Part shown: piece by piece, positions 30,440 through 41,596 of the stretch
How positions within the stretch are numbered: position 1 is the first letter of the stretch
How the letters are laid out: each line of letters opens with the position of its first letter
Assembly: GCA_041946805.1 (NCBI GenBank)
Contig: JBHGBC010000004.1
Coordinates: 32,001-96,000 of the forward strand
DNA: 64,000 bases
Reading direction: 5' to 3'
Source of the DNA: a bacterium
Lineage (GTDB): Bacteria; Hinthialibacterota; Hinthialibacteria; Hinthialibacterales; Hinthialibacteraceae
The notes under the pieces: model-generated
Told to the model about the DNA's origin: nothing
Databases searched by the model: none
Seen by the model: the letters and a program-made list of their open reading frames with translations, nothing else
Position numbers and translations under genes: made by a program

Positions 30440-33033
30440 GGGATGCCCGGTTTCATCCAAGAAGAATGTGCGATCAATGGAACCAGCTGATTCTGATCCC
30501 CAAGTGAGAATATGCCCAAACGGCTCAGTTTGTCAATTTGGATCGAGCACTCCAGGAGCGCTTCCAGCTTCTTTTGCAGGATGGCAGCCTTGGTGTATTG
30601 CCCGCCGTTCACGCGGCCGTCGTATTCCAACCGGAACGATCCGCCAGGCAGCGATTCCACCCGGGCGGCAAGCAGCTGGAGTTCCTCCTGGACCTCCGGA
30701 TGCGCCACGATTTCCGCCACGCGCCGCGCCACATCCTCCGGGGCGTTCCGCGCCGAACATTCCACGGCGTAGCGGAAGGCGTGAACCCGGGCGGTGAGTT
30801 TTTTCGCGCCCGCGGCCACCGCCTCGGCTTCCTCGAAGCGGAGTCCTTCCGGACAGAAATTCCGGAGATGGGTGACAAGCGCATCTGGTTCGTAGGTCTG
30901 CTGGAGAACCGCCTCCAGGTATTCAGCTTCGCCCGCCACGCCCACCGGCAAGGGAGCCGCAAAAGTAAACTTGGGCAAGGGATGAAATCCTTCGGTAAAC
31001 ACCAATGGCACGCCGGCCCTACGGAAAATCGATTCCATCAACATCAGGGTATCGTGGTGAGAGGCGAAAATCATAGAGCCGGTCTTACTGAACCGGAAGC
31101 GGTACCGGAAGCCGGTGGAGGCGGTTTCTTCATGGACTGGACGAACCGTCTCGAGAATTCCGCCCGCGATTTCGTGCTCCATGTTGTATTTCGAACGGGG
31201 CGTGGCCTCATGCGCCACCGCGTGCACGGTGACCAGCTCTTCCCCATCACAGACCTTGCATACCCGGCACATTTCGTTGCCGCAATGGCGGCTTTCCTTC
31301 TGGCGGAATGTCTTCTCCCACTCCCGCCACAAATAGCGTTTCGAGACCCGGATGGAGATGGCATCCCAGGGCAGGATGTCTTCCTGTTCGTACGTTTTGG
31401 CCGCGTATTCCCGCAGCGACAAGCCGAGCGCGGCGAACGCCTCGTCCCAGCGTGAATACGAGAAATGCTCTTGCCATTCGTCGAAGCGGGCCCCCCGTTC
31501 CCAGGCGTGTTTGATCACCGCGCCAAGCCGCGCGTCGCCCCGGGACAGCGCGGCCTCGACCAAACTCTTGCCGGGATCGTGCCAGTTGACCTTGATCCCC
31601 GCGGGCTTCAGGCGGGAAGCGATGTAGTTCACCCGCCGGGTGATTTCGTCCCGGTTAATCTGGCCGTACCACTGATAGGCGGTGTGCGGCTTGGGCACAA
31701 AGGGTGAGATCCCCACGTGGATCATGGCCCGGCGCTTGCCCGATTCCCGCAGGATGCGTTTGATATTCAGCACCGTATCGGCGACGCCCTGCAAGTCATC
31801 ATCCGTTTCCGTGGGCAAACCAACCATGAAATAGAATTTCACGGTGTCCTGGTGGGTTGAAATGGATTCGCGCACCTTGGCGTAAATCTCGGCGTCGTAG
31901 ATCAATTTATTGATGGCCCAGCGCAGGCGTTCGGTCCCCGCCTCGGGCGCGAAGGTGAGGCCGGTATGCCGGACCTTGCCGATCTCCTGCGTCACCCGCG
32001 ACGGGAAACTGTCAATCCGCAGGGAAGGCAGCGACAAGGCCACCCGCTGGGGAAAATATTCCTGTATCAATCCCGCGCACAGCCCCGGAAGTTGGGTGTA
32101 ATCGGCCGTCGAAAGCGAAAGCAGTCCGATTTCGTTGAAGCCCGTTTGTTTCAACCCTTCCGCCGCGTCCCGCATCAGCCGCTGGGGAGAGCGTTCGCGC
32201 ACCGGCCGGTCGGTATAACCCGCTTGGCAAAAACGGCAGCCGCCGGGACATCCGCGCATCACCTCGAGGGCCAGCCGGTGATGCACGATAGGAGTGTTGG
32301 GAACGATCTGGCGCGTGGGGTAATACGATAGTTCAAAATCAGCGATGACGCGCTTCTCCACCACATCAGGCACGCCTTCCACCTTGGACCGGCAGGGGAA
32401 GCGCTCCCCCAGCCGGTTGGTTTCGTATTCATACAGAGTAGGGACAAACACCCCCGGGATCTTCCCCAATTCCGTCAGGATGCCCGCCCGGCTCGCGCCA
32501 TTCCGTTTCAAGTCCCGGACGCGCCCGCATAATTCCAGGACCACTTCCTCGCCCTCGCCGATGACGAAGGCGTCGAGGAAATCCACCATGGGCATGGGAT
32601 TGTATGCGCAAGGCCCTCCGGCGATCACCAGCGGATGCGCGTCTGTCCGGTCCTTCGCCTGAATAGGGATGCCCCCCAGATCCAGCATGGTCAGCACGTT
32701 GGTGTAGAGCATCTCGTGCTGGAGGGAAAAGCCCAGGATGTCCAGGTTCTTCAGGGGAACGCCGCTTTCCACAGTGCCCAGGAGCGCGTGGTCCTCCCGC
32801 ATGGCCGCTTCGAGGTCGGCCCAGGGAGCGAAACAGCGCTCACACCAGATCCAGGACTGCTCGTTGAGAAGGCCATATAGTATTTGGATGCCCAGGTAGG
32901 ACATACCCACCTCATAGACATCCGGGTAGGCAATGGCGAAGCGCAGGCTGGCTTCCGGCTTGGATAGCACGGCGTTCCATTCGCTGCCGATATAACGGAC
33001 CGGTTTTTCGACCGAGTTCAGATTGATCGTCAT
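30421..33033 (-). CDS. B12-binding radical SAM protein (TIGR03960-type) fused to radical-SAM-linked domain (TIGR03936-type)
   Basis: VEKPVRYIGSE, YPDVYEVGMS, RGCPGGCRFCQAG, APEAGTERLR, PKPHT; C-terminal FASHHD..GFHPLPK..LPVG. Confidence 0.9.
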   Translation of the reverse strand: MTINLNSVEKPVRYIGSEWNAVLSKPEASLRFAIAYPDVYEVGMSYLGIQILYGLLNEQSWIWCERCFAPWADLEAAMREDHALLGTVESGVPLKNLDILGFSLQHEMLYTNVLTMLDLGGIPIQAKDRTDAHPLVIAGGPCAYNPMPMVDFLDAFVIGEGEEVVLELCGRVRDLKRNGASRAGILTELGKIPGVFVPTLYEYETNRLGERFPCRSKVEGVPDVVEKRVIADFELSYYPTRQIVPNTPIVHHRLALEVMRGCPGGCRFCQAGYTDRPVRERSPQRLMRDAAEGLKQTGFNEIGLLSLSTADYTQLPGLCAGLIQEYFPQRVALSLPSLRIDSFPSRVTQEIGKVRHTGLTFAPEAGTERLRWAINKLIYDAEIYAKVRESISTHQDTVKFYFMVGLPTETDDDLQGVADTVLNIKRILRESGKRRAMIHVGISPFVPKPHTAYQWYGQINRDEITRRVNYIASRLKPAGIKVNWHDPGKSLVEAALSRGDARLGAVIKHAWERGARFDEWQEHFSYSRWDEAFAALGLSLREYAAKTYEQEDILPWDAISIRVSKRYLWREWEKTFRQKESRHCGNEMCRVCKVCDGEELVTVHAVAHEATPRSKYNMEHEIAGGILETVRPVHEETASTGFRYRFRFSKTGSMIFASHHDTLMLMESIFRRAGVPLVFTEGFHPLPKFTFAAPLPVGVAGEAEYLEAVLQQTYEPDALVTHLRNFCPEGLRFEEAEAVAAGAKKLTARVHAFRYAVECSARNAPEDVARRVAEIVAHPEVQEELQLLAARVESLPGGSFRLEYDGRVNGGQYTKAAILQKKLEALLECSIQIDKLSRLGIFSLGDQNQLVPLIAHSSWMKPGIPCNAEF

Positions 33034-33345
33034 TATGAAATCCTGTTCGCATGCGTGTCATCCAGCGAGAAGAAAGAACGTGGCGGTATTCTTTACTAAT
33101 ATACTCGACAATTGCGCCACTTGAAAGCGGATGCATCGCTTGCTCTTGTCAAGCTGATGGGAATGGAGGGCTATCCTCGAGTGATGACGCCACCCTGGCA
33201 GGGCTTCCCTCACCCTGGCCCTCTCCCGGGGGGAGAGGGAATCGCTTCGCGATACCCTCAATGTTCATACTACGAATAAAGCCCTGAGAAAGACCTGCAT
33301 CCGGTTAAATCGAAACATATAAATCAATAGAGAACATGGAAAAAT

Positions 33346-33549
33346 GGTTCACCCGGTAAACGCATATTTTTCATCAAGCATGTCCGGCCGCTCTTCAATC
33401 GGGCTGGCCGGGAAGATCAGACCCCGTAATCCCCTCTCCCTCTGGGCAGGGAGAGGGAATTTTGCAGGGACGGACCTGGGAGACCACCCGAATCATCGAG
33501 TGGATGGAATGCCTTTTTCACCAGCCTATAAGCACTGGACGGATGGGCC
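33346..33549 (-). mobile_element. MITE-like element, copy C (inverted, degenerate)
   Basis: Reverse complement matches copies B/D (aagcatgtccggc..ttcaatcggg..gagtggatggaatgcc..cactggacggatgggcc). Confidence 0.7.
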
Positions 33550-33709
33550 TGAAAACGATGCCACTGCTTGACCAACGCCTTACGTCTAACGATTCTCTCT
33601 CGAAATTCAGAGGAGGCAGAGGAAGATGTCCGTGAAACAACAATCGGGGCACGGCGTTGGTAGCGTTCGCCGTGCCCCAGGACTATCTTTCGTGTCAAGC
33701 GGAAAGGCT

Positions 33710-35536
33710 TTACGGATTGGCGCTCCCGGATTCCGCCGCCGGGACCGTTTCACCCGTGGATGGCGCGCTATCCGCCGGAGCTCCCGGAGTTTCCGGCGTG
33801 GAGGGGGCTACCGTTTCCGGGGTGGCGGCCGACGGTGGCGCGGCCGGTTGGGGCTGGGCTTCCACGGCCGGCGGCGCCGCTTCCGGCCGGTTTCCCGGAG
33901 CCGGAGAAACGGACTCGGGAGAAGTCGCGGGCGCTGGAGTTTTTGCTTCCGTCTCGGCGGGCGTCGTGGGTTCGCTGATTGCCGGGGATGGCGACACCGA
34001 GGTGGCGGCAGCCGGGGGCTCAGCGGCCAGAGGTACGACCGCTTCGGGCGCGGCAGGAGCCTTCGCCTCCGGCGTAGCGGGCTTCAAGCCGGGTTCCGAG
34101 GCGCTGGGCGCTTCGGGAGCGGTAGCCGGTTTGACTTCCGCTTCCATCGTGACGGCGCTCACCTTGCTCATGAGATCGTCAACAGTGGATTTCTTGATCC
34201 GGTAGATTTCCAGGGGATCCATCCGCGCCCCGTAATAGAATTCCTCGCCCGCCGTCTGATTCGGCGGGAAGGCCAAGGCGAGGGTTTCCCGCACCACGCC
34301 CGTCGGCGACTGGGTTGATCCAGCGGCCAGGCTATCGCCATGTTTTTCGAGCTGGATAACCAGGTTCGGCGAAGCCAAGCCGTACTCCTCCGTCGTACCC
34401 AGGACAAAACCGGCGGCTTCGAGGTCGGCGATGGCGCGCGCCGCGTCGGAGACCGAATTGTAATTCGCCGTGCCTTGCTTGGGTTGCAGCATCGTCCAAT
34501 TGCCGGCGGACTTGCTGGCCTCGAGAATGGTCTGCCCGGCGGAAATCACGTTCAGACGGTCCACTTCCCAATATTTCATCGGACAGACTTTTTTCTGGCG
34601 GAGATCCTCCAGACTGGCCGGGACGTTGTTGAAGTCCTGCGGATTGACCGTGAATACGTTCTTTTGCCCTTCCCGCATGGCGTAGAGTTGGTCCGCGGCG
34701 CTGGTCGCTCCCAACAGCAAGACCCGCGAAGCCCAGCTGGATTCGTTGCCGGGCTGGCCGGTCCAGAAGACCAGTTTGGTTGCGGGATTGACCAATCCAT
34801 AAACAGCGGGCGTTTCGGAATTTTCATCCACGAATTTCTTGATTTCCCCGCCGCGGATGCGGTTCAGCATGTCGCGGATCTTGGTCTCGTTGGCGCGCGC
34901 CTGGGTCGGCTGGGTGATGACCCATTGGTCCATGCCCCGCTTGTCCAGGGAGACGTTCATGTCGCCCTGCGCAATCTGGATGCGCTGGACGTCCTCGGTC
35001 TGCATGTCGAGTATGGTCTTATCGCGCAGGTCGTAGAGTTGCTTGTCCACGGCGGAATACAGGCTGCTCATGACCGTGACCACCTCGCTGGAGCCCTTCA
35101 CCATGGCGTAATACTTGCCCGCGGTCGGAGTTTTGGCTCCCAGGAGGATCTCGGACTTGGTCGCGCCGCCGACGCCCGCCAGACTCACCTGGACGGCCGG
35201 CTTGTCCAACCCGAACGGCGTCAGGCTCGCGGGATTTTCCTCGATCACCCGCTGCCATTTGCCCGAGGAATAATTGTTGGCAATGGTGTCCCAGGCGTTT
35301 TTGTCGGCTGAACTTTCCAGCGGCTTCACCAGGTTCCAGCGGTCACCCTGTTTGACCGCCTTGAAGGTGTCTTCTCCCTTGACGATCTCGATTTCCTGAA
35401 TCTCATCCTTTTTCAGGGTGAGCAGTTCTTTCTCTTTTTCTTCCCGTTCCTGCTTTTTCGCCTCGCGCTCCTTGTCCCAGAAAAAGACCGCCGCGAGCAA
35501 GGCCAGAATTATCAGAAGAATGAAGTTTTTCTTCAT
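33710..35536 (-). CDS. DUF4340 domain protein with Pro/Ala-rich tail
   Basis: N-terminal TM, repeated W.(L/I)..P...A..FGL.P units, LRDK; downstream of GldG-like gene. Confidence 0.85.
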   Translation of the reverse strand: MKKNFILLIILALLAAVFFWDKEREAKKQEREEKEKELLTLKKDEIQEIEIVKGEDTFKAVKQGDRWNLVKPLESSADKNAWDTIANNYSSGKWQRVIEENPASLTPFGLDKPAVQVSLAGVGGATKSEILLGAKTPTAGKYYAMVKGSSEVVTVMSSLYSAVDKQLYDLRDKTILDMQTEDVQRIQIAQGDMNVSLDKRGMDQWVITQPTQARANETKIRDMLNRIRGGEIKKFVDENSETPAVYGLVNPATKLVFWTGQPGNESSWASRVLLLGATSAADQLYAMREGQKNVFTVNPQDFNNVPASLEDLRQKKVCPMKYWEVDRLNVISAGQTILEASKSAGNWTMLQPKQGTANYNSVSDAARAIADLEAAGFVLGTTEEYGLASPNLVIQLEKHGDSLAAGSTQSPTGVVRETLALAFPPNQTAGEEFYYGARMDPLEIYRIKKSTVDDLMSKVSAVTMEAEVKPATAPEAPSASEPGLKPATPEAKAPAAPEAVVPLAAEPPAAATSVSPSPAISEPTTPAETEAKTPAPATSPESVSPAPGNRPEAAPPAVEAQPQPAAPPSAATPETVAPSTPETPGAPADSAPSTGETVPAAESGSANP

Positions 35537-35557
35537 GATCACTCCCTTGGGGTCCGG

Positions 35558-37186
35558 TTACCCCCGGATTCTCTTCCGCACACAGATCACCGTGCCCATC
35601 ACCGCCACGAAAGCGGGCAGCACCACCAACGACGAGTAGAAGACGAAACGGGCCTGGACCTCGGTGATGGTGACCGGCTTGCCCGAATCTTCCTTGGGCC
35701 GGATGGAGATCAAATCCTCCCGCTTGGCCATCCAGTTGATGGTGTTCATGAACAGGTCGATGCTCTGCATCCATTGCTTGTTGGTGATGAAGTCGCAGTC
35801 GCCGAACACCACCAGCCGCGCCTCGGGCTTCTCCTTCTCTTCGCCGGGTTCGGATGCGGAGGCTTCGGCCGCTTTTTCTTCCGTCGCGTCCTTCACCTTC
35901 TCTTCCGCCGGCTTGGAAACGGCCGCGGCGATGGGAATCGGGCCGAGCTGATCGGCTCCCTGGTCGAAGGAAGCCTTGCCGGCTTGGCGGAGGCCCTGGA
36001 CATCGGTTTCCGCCCAGCTTTTGTCACTGGTCTTGATGAATTCCGTGCCCGTCACCCCTTCCGGCAGCGGCTTGGCCAGCCGGACGCTCTGCACAATGGG
36101 AAACATCACGGCCTGGGCCTGCCCGCCGAAAGCGTCGACAATGGGATGCGGCTCGAGGACGCTCATGATGGGAGCGACCGGGCTGCCGCCGAAGATCCGC
36201 ATCAAGGGATTCTGTTCGACGACCCAATTATTGCCCAACTGAATCCCGTAATCCTTCTCGAGGAAGGGATTGAGGCCGGTGTTCGCCTCGGGTTCCAGGA
36301 ACGCGGCGATGCGTCCGCCGTATTTCATGTAATTCTGGAGGGTTTGCACTTCCGTTTCCAGAAACGGCTTGTCTGGACCGGCGATGACCACGGCCAGCGC
36401 GTCATCGGGCACTTCCTCCTGGGAGACGAGCGAAAGCCCCTTGACCTGGTAGCCTTCCTCCTCCAGGATGCCCTTCATTTTGCCCATGCCGTCCCGCTCG
36501 GTGCTGTCCTCGATGGAATGCTCGCCATGGCCGGAGGTGAAGTAAATGACCTTGCCGCCGCCCTTGGTCAGTTTGAGGATGGCGTTGGTCAGGTTGTTCT
36601 CGTTGACCGGCGATACTTTTTCATGCTCCGTCTCCTTCTCGCCTTTCCGGACATAGACGGCGTTGAGGGTGACGGCGGTCAGCCCCTGCACCTTTTGCGG
36701 ATCCTTTTCGGGATCGATGATCTCGGTTTTCACCTTGTCCGAGTAAAAGGTATACAGTTCCATCAAGTCTTTCGCCTTCTGGGTTTCGGAGGGAGTGGAG
36801 GGATTGACCAGGTATTGCAGGGTCAGGGGTTCCTTCAAGGTCTTAACGGCCTGGATGGATTGCGTCGCCAGGGTGAATTTTTTCGCCTCGGTCAGGTCGA
36901 AGCGGGTGCTGTGCCGGGTGAGGATCATCTCCAGAAAGATCAGGATCGCCAGCACGATCACCACGCCGAAGACCAGGTTGGCGCCTTCGACCGCGTTCCT
37001 CCGGGACAGTTTGGCGCTCAGGAAGCCGATGTTCCTGAGCACGTAAATCAAAAGCAGCACGCCGCCGAGAATCAAGGGCGTGACCGAATAGGGGGTCAAC
37101 ACGGTCTGGACCGCCCAAACCAGCAGGCCGGCCGCGATGACGATTAAACCCAGGATTCCAAGTGCGGTTAGTTTCGATTGCATCAT
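35558..37186 (-). CDS. GldG-family ABC auxiliary component
   Basis: RFDLTEAKKFTLA, YFTSGHGEH, IAGP, RLVVFGDCDF, LFMNTINW, ISIRPK, C-terminal TM. Confidence 0.9.
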   Translation of the reverse strand: MMQSKLTALGILGLIVIAAGLLVWAVQTVLTPYSVTPLILGGVLLLIYVLRNIGFLSAKLSRRNAVEGANLVFGVVIVLAILIFLEMILTRHSTRFDLTEAKKFTLATQSIQAVKTLKEPLTLQYLVNPSTPSETQKAKDLMELYTFYSDKVKTEIIDPEKDPQKVQGLTAVTLNAVYVRKGEKETEHEKVSPVNENNLTNAILKLTKGGGKVIYFTSGHGEHSIEDSTERDGMGKMKGILEEEGYQVKGLSLVSQEEVPDDALAVVIAGPDKPFLETEVQTLQNYMKYGGRIAAFLEPEANTGLNPFLEKDYGIQLGNNWVVEQNPLMRIFGGSPVAPIMSVLEPHPIVDAFGGQAQAVMFPIVQSVRLAKPLPEGVTGTEFIKTSDKSWAETDVQGLRQAGKASFDQGADQLGPIPIAAAVSKPAEEKVKDATEEKAAEASASEPGEEKEKPEARLVVFGDCDFITNKQWMQSIDLFMNTINWMAKREDLISIRPKEDSGKPVTITEVQARFVFYSSLVVLPAFVAVMGTVICVRKRIRG

Positions 37187-37980
37187 TATCCTCTCCAACG
37201 ATTGGTTTCCAGCACGCGCAGGCTGAAGAACAGGAAGAACAGGGTGAACAACAAGTAATAAGCGAGGTGCCCCGTGTCGATCACTCCCTTGCTGAACTGG
37301 TCGAAATGCGCGAAAACGGAAATCTCCTTGCAGATGTCCCCCAGCAGGCCCGGCCGGATTTCACTGACAAATCCGATCATCCACAGCACCAGCAGGGTGG
37401 CGAACGTGATCAGCCCGGCGACGATCTGGTTCTCGGTCAAGGCCGACGCGAACAGGCCGAACGACAAGAAGGCGGTCCCGATCAGAAAGACGCCCAGGTA
37501 CGAGGCCAGCACCGGCGGGATGTAGGTCTGCTCGGGAACCACCCGGTACGAAAGCAAAAGATACGCGGAGGTCAGAAGCAACATTCCGGCGAAAACCGTC
37601 AGGGCGGCCAGAAATTTGCCGGCCAGGACCTCGATATCGCGGATGGGGTAGGTGAACAACAGTTCGATGGTGCCCATCTTCTTCTCTTCCGCGAAGAGCC
37701 GCATCGAGAGCATGGGAACCACGAAGAGCAGAACGAACGACATGACGTTGGTGATCCCCTGCAGGACGATTTCCGTATAATTGGGAAGCGGACGGGCGCC
37801 CATGCCCTGCTGCATGCTCATCATCATCATGTATTCCTGGCTCCATTGCACATAGGCCGTGAAATACATGTTGAAGAAGACGGCGCAGACGATCAGGAAG
37901 AAAACGTACAGCACATAGGCAAGGGGCGAGAAAAAGTACGCCCGCAGTTCCCGCTTGTAGATGGCCCAGGTGTTTTTCAT
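37186..37980 (-). CDS. GldF-like ABC-2 permease
   Basis: KRELRAYFFSPLAY, MRLFAEEKKMGTIELLFT, TENQIVA, FSKGVID. Confidence 0.92.
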   Translation of the reverse strand: MKNTWAIYKRELRAYFFSPLAYVLYVFFLIVCAVFFNMYFTAYVQWSQEYMMMMSMQQGMGARPLPNYTEIVLQGITNVMSFVLLFVVPMLSMRLFAEEKKMGTIELLFTYPIRDIEVLAGKFLAALTVFAGMLLLTSAYLLLSYRVVPEQTYIPPVLASYLGVFLIGTAFLSFGLFASALTENQIVAGLITFATLLVLWMIGFVSEIRPGLLGDICKEISVFAHFDQFSKGVIDTGHLAYYLLFTLFFLFFSLRVLETNRWRG

Positions 37981-38933
37981 TCGGACACCTCCTTCTTTTC
38001 TCCGGCGATGATCTCGATGAAGATGTCTTCCAGCGTCGGATCCATGGAGCGGATTTCATACAGGTCCCATCCGCTCCCCACGATGCGGCTGGACAGCACC
38101 GGGCGCAAGTCCTTGTTGGGATCGGTGGCCAGGGAAACCTGGCACAATCCATCCCCGCCGGACAGATCCAGACTTTCGATCCGGGTGACGCCCTGGATTT
38201 CCCCCAGCGCGGACTTGATCTCCTGCGCGGGGGCCTTGACCGTCAGGCGGATTTCGCGGCTTTTGGCCATGCGCCGGGACAATTCGCCCACCGCGTCGGC
38301 GGCGACGATCCGGCCTTCGTGGATGATCAACACCCGGTCGCAGATCATGCTGACTTCGGGCAGGATGTGGGTGGAGAGAATGACCGTCCTCTTCCCCAGC
38401 ATGTTCTTGATTAATTCGCGGATTTCGCGGATCTGATTGGGATCGAGACCCACCGTGGGTTCGTCCAGGATCAACACCTTGGGATTGCCGATCAGCGCCT
38501 GCGCCAGCCCCACCCGCTGCCGGTAGCCTTTCGAGAGCTTCCCGATGGTCCGCCGGGCGACTTCGCTGATCCCGGTCTCCTCCATGGCTTCCCGGATCAT
38601 GGCGGCCCGGTCGCCGGGGGAAATGCCTTTGACCTCCGCCACGAATCCCAGAAATCCGGCGACTTCCATGTCGGCGTAGAGCGGGGTGTTTTCAGGCAAG
38701 TAACCAATGCTTTTCCGGACTTCCAGGGACGATTCCATGACGTCATAGCCCGCCACCGTGGCCCGCCCCGACGTGGGGGGCGAATAACCGGTGAGGATCC
38801 GCATGGTGGTCGTCTTGCCGGCGCCGTTGGGACCCAGGAACCCGAGGATTTCTCCCTCGGCGACCTCGAAGGAAACATCCTCGATCGCCGTGACGCGGTT
38901 GTACGTCTTTTTCAGGTTTTCTGCAACGATCAT
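37977..38933 (-). CDS. GldA-like ABC ATP-binding protein
   Basis: GPNGAGKTT, LSKGYRQRVGLAQA, LILDEP, STHIL. Confidence 0.95.
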   Translation of the reverse strand: MIVAENLKKTYNRVTAIEDVSFEVAEGEILGFLGPNGAGKTTTMRILTGYSPPTSGRATVAGYDVMESSLEVRKSIGYLPENTPLYADMEVAGFLGFVAEVKGISPGDRAAMIREAMEETGISEVARRTIGKLSKGYRQRVGLAQALIGNPKVLILDEPTVGLDPNQIREIRELIKNMLGKRTVILSTHILPEVSMICDRVLIIHEGRIVAADAVGELSRRMAKSREIRLTVKAPAQEIKSALGEIQGVTRIESLDLSGGDGLCQVSLATDPNKDLRPVLSSRIVGSGWDLYEIRSMDPTLEDIFIEIIAGEKKEVSE

Positions 38934-39195
38934 GGCTCTCCTCGTACAGACTTGGAACAGAATAGGGAAGAGGGTAAGGTGAGACCCCTTGCGCCAAACC
39001 GGCACACGGGTTTGAAACGAAAGAAAGCGGTTCGAGTAACGCTCAATCCGCTGATCCGATCCGGCTTTTTTTCGTTTTGCGGCACACCTTGCCCGGCGCA
39101 ACCATTTGGTCGTGACTGGTTTTTCAGGAAGAAACCGATAATTCCCGGTGTATAGTGTCCCCAAACCGGCAATCGCGCAAGATCGGTGAAGGGCG

Positions 39196-40131
39196 TCAGA
39201 TGGTTTTCCAGGGTTGGTGACTCAAGGAACTGCCAGGGCGTACCTTGACCATAATGATCCGGTTGCCCTTGTCGTTGAACTCCACATGGCTCATGAACGC
39301 CCGGATCAAAAACAGCCCCCGCCCGTGGTTGGCCAGGATCTTCACATGGTCCAACGAGTCGGGCAGGGATTTCCAGTCGAAACCCTTGCCCTCATCCTCG
39401 ATCGTGAAACAGACATAATCGGGCGTGAGATGCCGGGTGATCCGGACTTTCCGGTCCCGGTAGGGACTCAGCTGGCTGCGTTCGCGCACGATTTGGTTGA
39501 AAGCCATCATCTCGTCCAACGAGGATCCCTTGGTCCGCGAGGGAATTTCCAGGTTGCCATGGACGATGGCGTTCACCAGGGCTTCATCCAGGGCGATGCG
39601 AATGTTGGTCAGTTCCGAATCATCACAGATGCTTACTCGGGTGATTTTTTCGGACAGCAGGTCGATCAAGGCCAGGGTGTATTGCAGGTCGGTGGGGATG
39701 CAGTAGGTTTGATGCTCCTCGTTGAAAAAATCGAAGATTTGCTGCTCCAGTTTCTTGCGGTGCCGCATGCGCAGGATTTTCCCGGCGACTGTCGCGACCA
39801 GCTCCACCTCCTGAGGCTTCAAGAGAAAGTTGGACGCACCCAGCCGCAACGCTTCAATCACATCCTCGCGGCGGCCGAATCCCGTCAGAATGACGATGGG
39901 GATCTCCGGCTTTTGACGGCGCAGTTCCGCGAGAAGCTCCATGCCCCCCATGACGGGCATCTTCAAATCAGTAAAGACAAGATCCACCTCCTCGCTTATG
40001 CAGATTTCCAGCGCGTCCCGCCCATTGTCCGCTTCCAGCATCCGGTACTGGCCCGACTCCTGCAGCATGGCCACGAGCAGGTCGCGGATCATCTTCTCGT
40101 CATCCACTATGAGGATGGTCCCATCATTCAT
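39196..40131 (-). CDS. response regulator receiver fused to RsbW/SpoIIAB-like HATPase domain
   Basis: ILIVDD, DLKMP, KP receiver; EALVNAIVHGN, DEGKGFD, GRGLFLI. Confidence 0.9.
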   Translation of the reverse strand: MNDGTILIVDDEKMIRDLLVAMLQESGQYRMLEADNGRDALEICISEEVDLVFTDLKMPVMGGMELLAELRRQKPEIPIVILTGFGRREDVIEALRLGASNFLLKPQEVELVATVAGKILRMRHRKKLEQQIFDFFNEEHQTYCIPTDLQYTLALIDLLSEKITRVSICDDSELTNIRIALDEALVNAIVHGNLEIPSRTKGSSLDEMMAFNQIVRERSQLSPYRDRKVRITRHLTPDYVCFTIEDEGKGFDWKSLPDSLDHVKILANHGRGLFLIRAFMSHVEFNDKGNRIIMVKVRPGSSLSHQPWKTI

Positions 40132-40330
40132 GAATTCTGCCCACCGTCTTACTCCCCTTGTTGGACGGAAAACGGACTCCATCCCCTCGTACCGACTCGC
40201 GTTGAAAAACCATTTGTTTAATACATCCCTATCTCAATTGTTTCAAGTTAAACGATCTTCTTGTAACGAAAATTATAATGGTTTGGCGGGCCAGGGTAAA
40301 GAAATCTCTCCCCGTGGGAGATTCCACTCC

Positions 40331-41314
40331 CTACCGGGTGGCCGCTCCCGCCGGCCGGGGACGTTTCATACGTTGGGCGGCGTATTTCACGATCCCCCTG
40401 ATCAGGTGAGAGAGGGAAAAACCGATCGGAGCGATTTCAGGAATTTCAAACCCGTTAATCCGCGCCTCCTCCAGCGGCAAGCCATGAATGGAGATGGACT
40501 CCAGCTCGGCGGCGGGAAATCCCCGCCGCCCCGCCGCGCGGATCACAAAATGATCTTGCCAATCCACCCGCAGAATTTCCGTAACCACCCGGTCCACGGC
40601 CAGCGCGTCCCGGCCGGCCAGGATCAGGCCGATGGATTTCGGCGTCCCGCTGCCCGGCCCCATCCCTTCCATGGCGACGACCGCGTCCACGATGGTCAAT
40701 TCGGGAGCGGTCCGTTCATAGACCGTAAGCAGCATATCGGCGAACCGGTCGGGCCCCTTCCGGAGTTTGAAATGCCAATAGGCTTTCCGGCGGCCCTTGA
40801 CGCAACCGAAGAGGTTTTTGACTCCACAGGTCAGCAGCATCTGCTGGTGGGCCTTCAACTTGGGGACATTGATCACCACGTCCGCCTCCAGCACGGCCCG
40901 GTCGATCGCGGGAGCGGCCAATGCCCCGGTGCGTTCCGGCGGGCGGCGGCATCCCGGCGCGGGACAATGGAATTCGATGACGTCAATTTTCAACCGGCGG
41001 GCCGCCTCACCGATCCCGCTGACGGCCGCCACGCGGTTCGCGCTGGCCAGGGGAGGACTGTCGCCGATCACGACCCGGCCGCCGCAATCCAGGGCCAGCC
41101 GGGCCACCGCCTCCACCACGGCGGGATGTGTGGTGACCGCCGCTTCCGGCGGCCGGGCGAACAGCATATTGGGTTTGATCAGGACTTTGTCGCCGGGTTT
41201 GACGGCCGCGGCCATCCCCCCCAGCGGGGCCAGCGAACGTTCGACCGCCTCCCGCACGGCCTCCGCCTGGTAGGTGGCACAGCGTTGGATCGCGACAGAA
41301 AACGCGCTGGTCAT
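40331..41314 (-). CDS. DUF362 domain protein
   Basis: VLIKPN, VTTHP, GDSP, NVPKLKAH, GVKNLFG, AMEGMGP; no C-terminal ferredoxin. Confidence 0.9.
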   Translation of the reverse strand: MTSAFSVAIQRCATYQAEAVREAVERSLAPLGGMAAAVKPGDKVLIKPNMLFARPPEAAVTTHPAVVEAVARLALDCGGRVVIGDSPPLASANRVAAVSGIGEAARRLKIDVIEFHCPAPGCRRPPERTGALAAPAIDRAVLEADVVINVPKLKAHQQMLLTCGVKNLFGCVKGRRKAYWHFKLRKGPDRFADMLLTVYERTAPELTIVDAVVAMEGMGPGSGTPKSIGLILAGRDALAVDRVVTEILRVDWQDHFVIRAAGRRGFPAAELESISIHGLPLEEARINGFEIPEIAPIGFSLSHLIRGIVKYAAQRMKRPRPAGAATR

Positions 41315-41596
41315 GGATTCACTCCAAAATGGAAATTTCAAGTCCCTCCCCCTGACGCCGATTTTTCATGTAGCCACAATCAGGGTTCAATTATACGGAG
41401 TGGGGGTAAAGCCTTAGTTCCCTCTCCCTCTGGAAGAGGGTCAGGGTGAGGGAAGTCATGGCTGCCCCGGCCTTCATCTCCGGATGATCCCAATCATTCC
41501 AACAGCCGGGATTGGAACCTGGTGCCATGCCCGTTTACAGGATACCGGCTCTCTTTCTCTCGATCCATGGAAGGCGGAAAGGAAGTCAAAGGCGGT

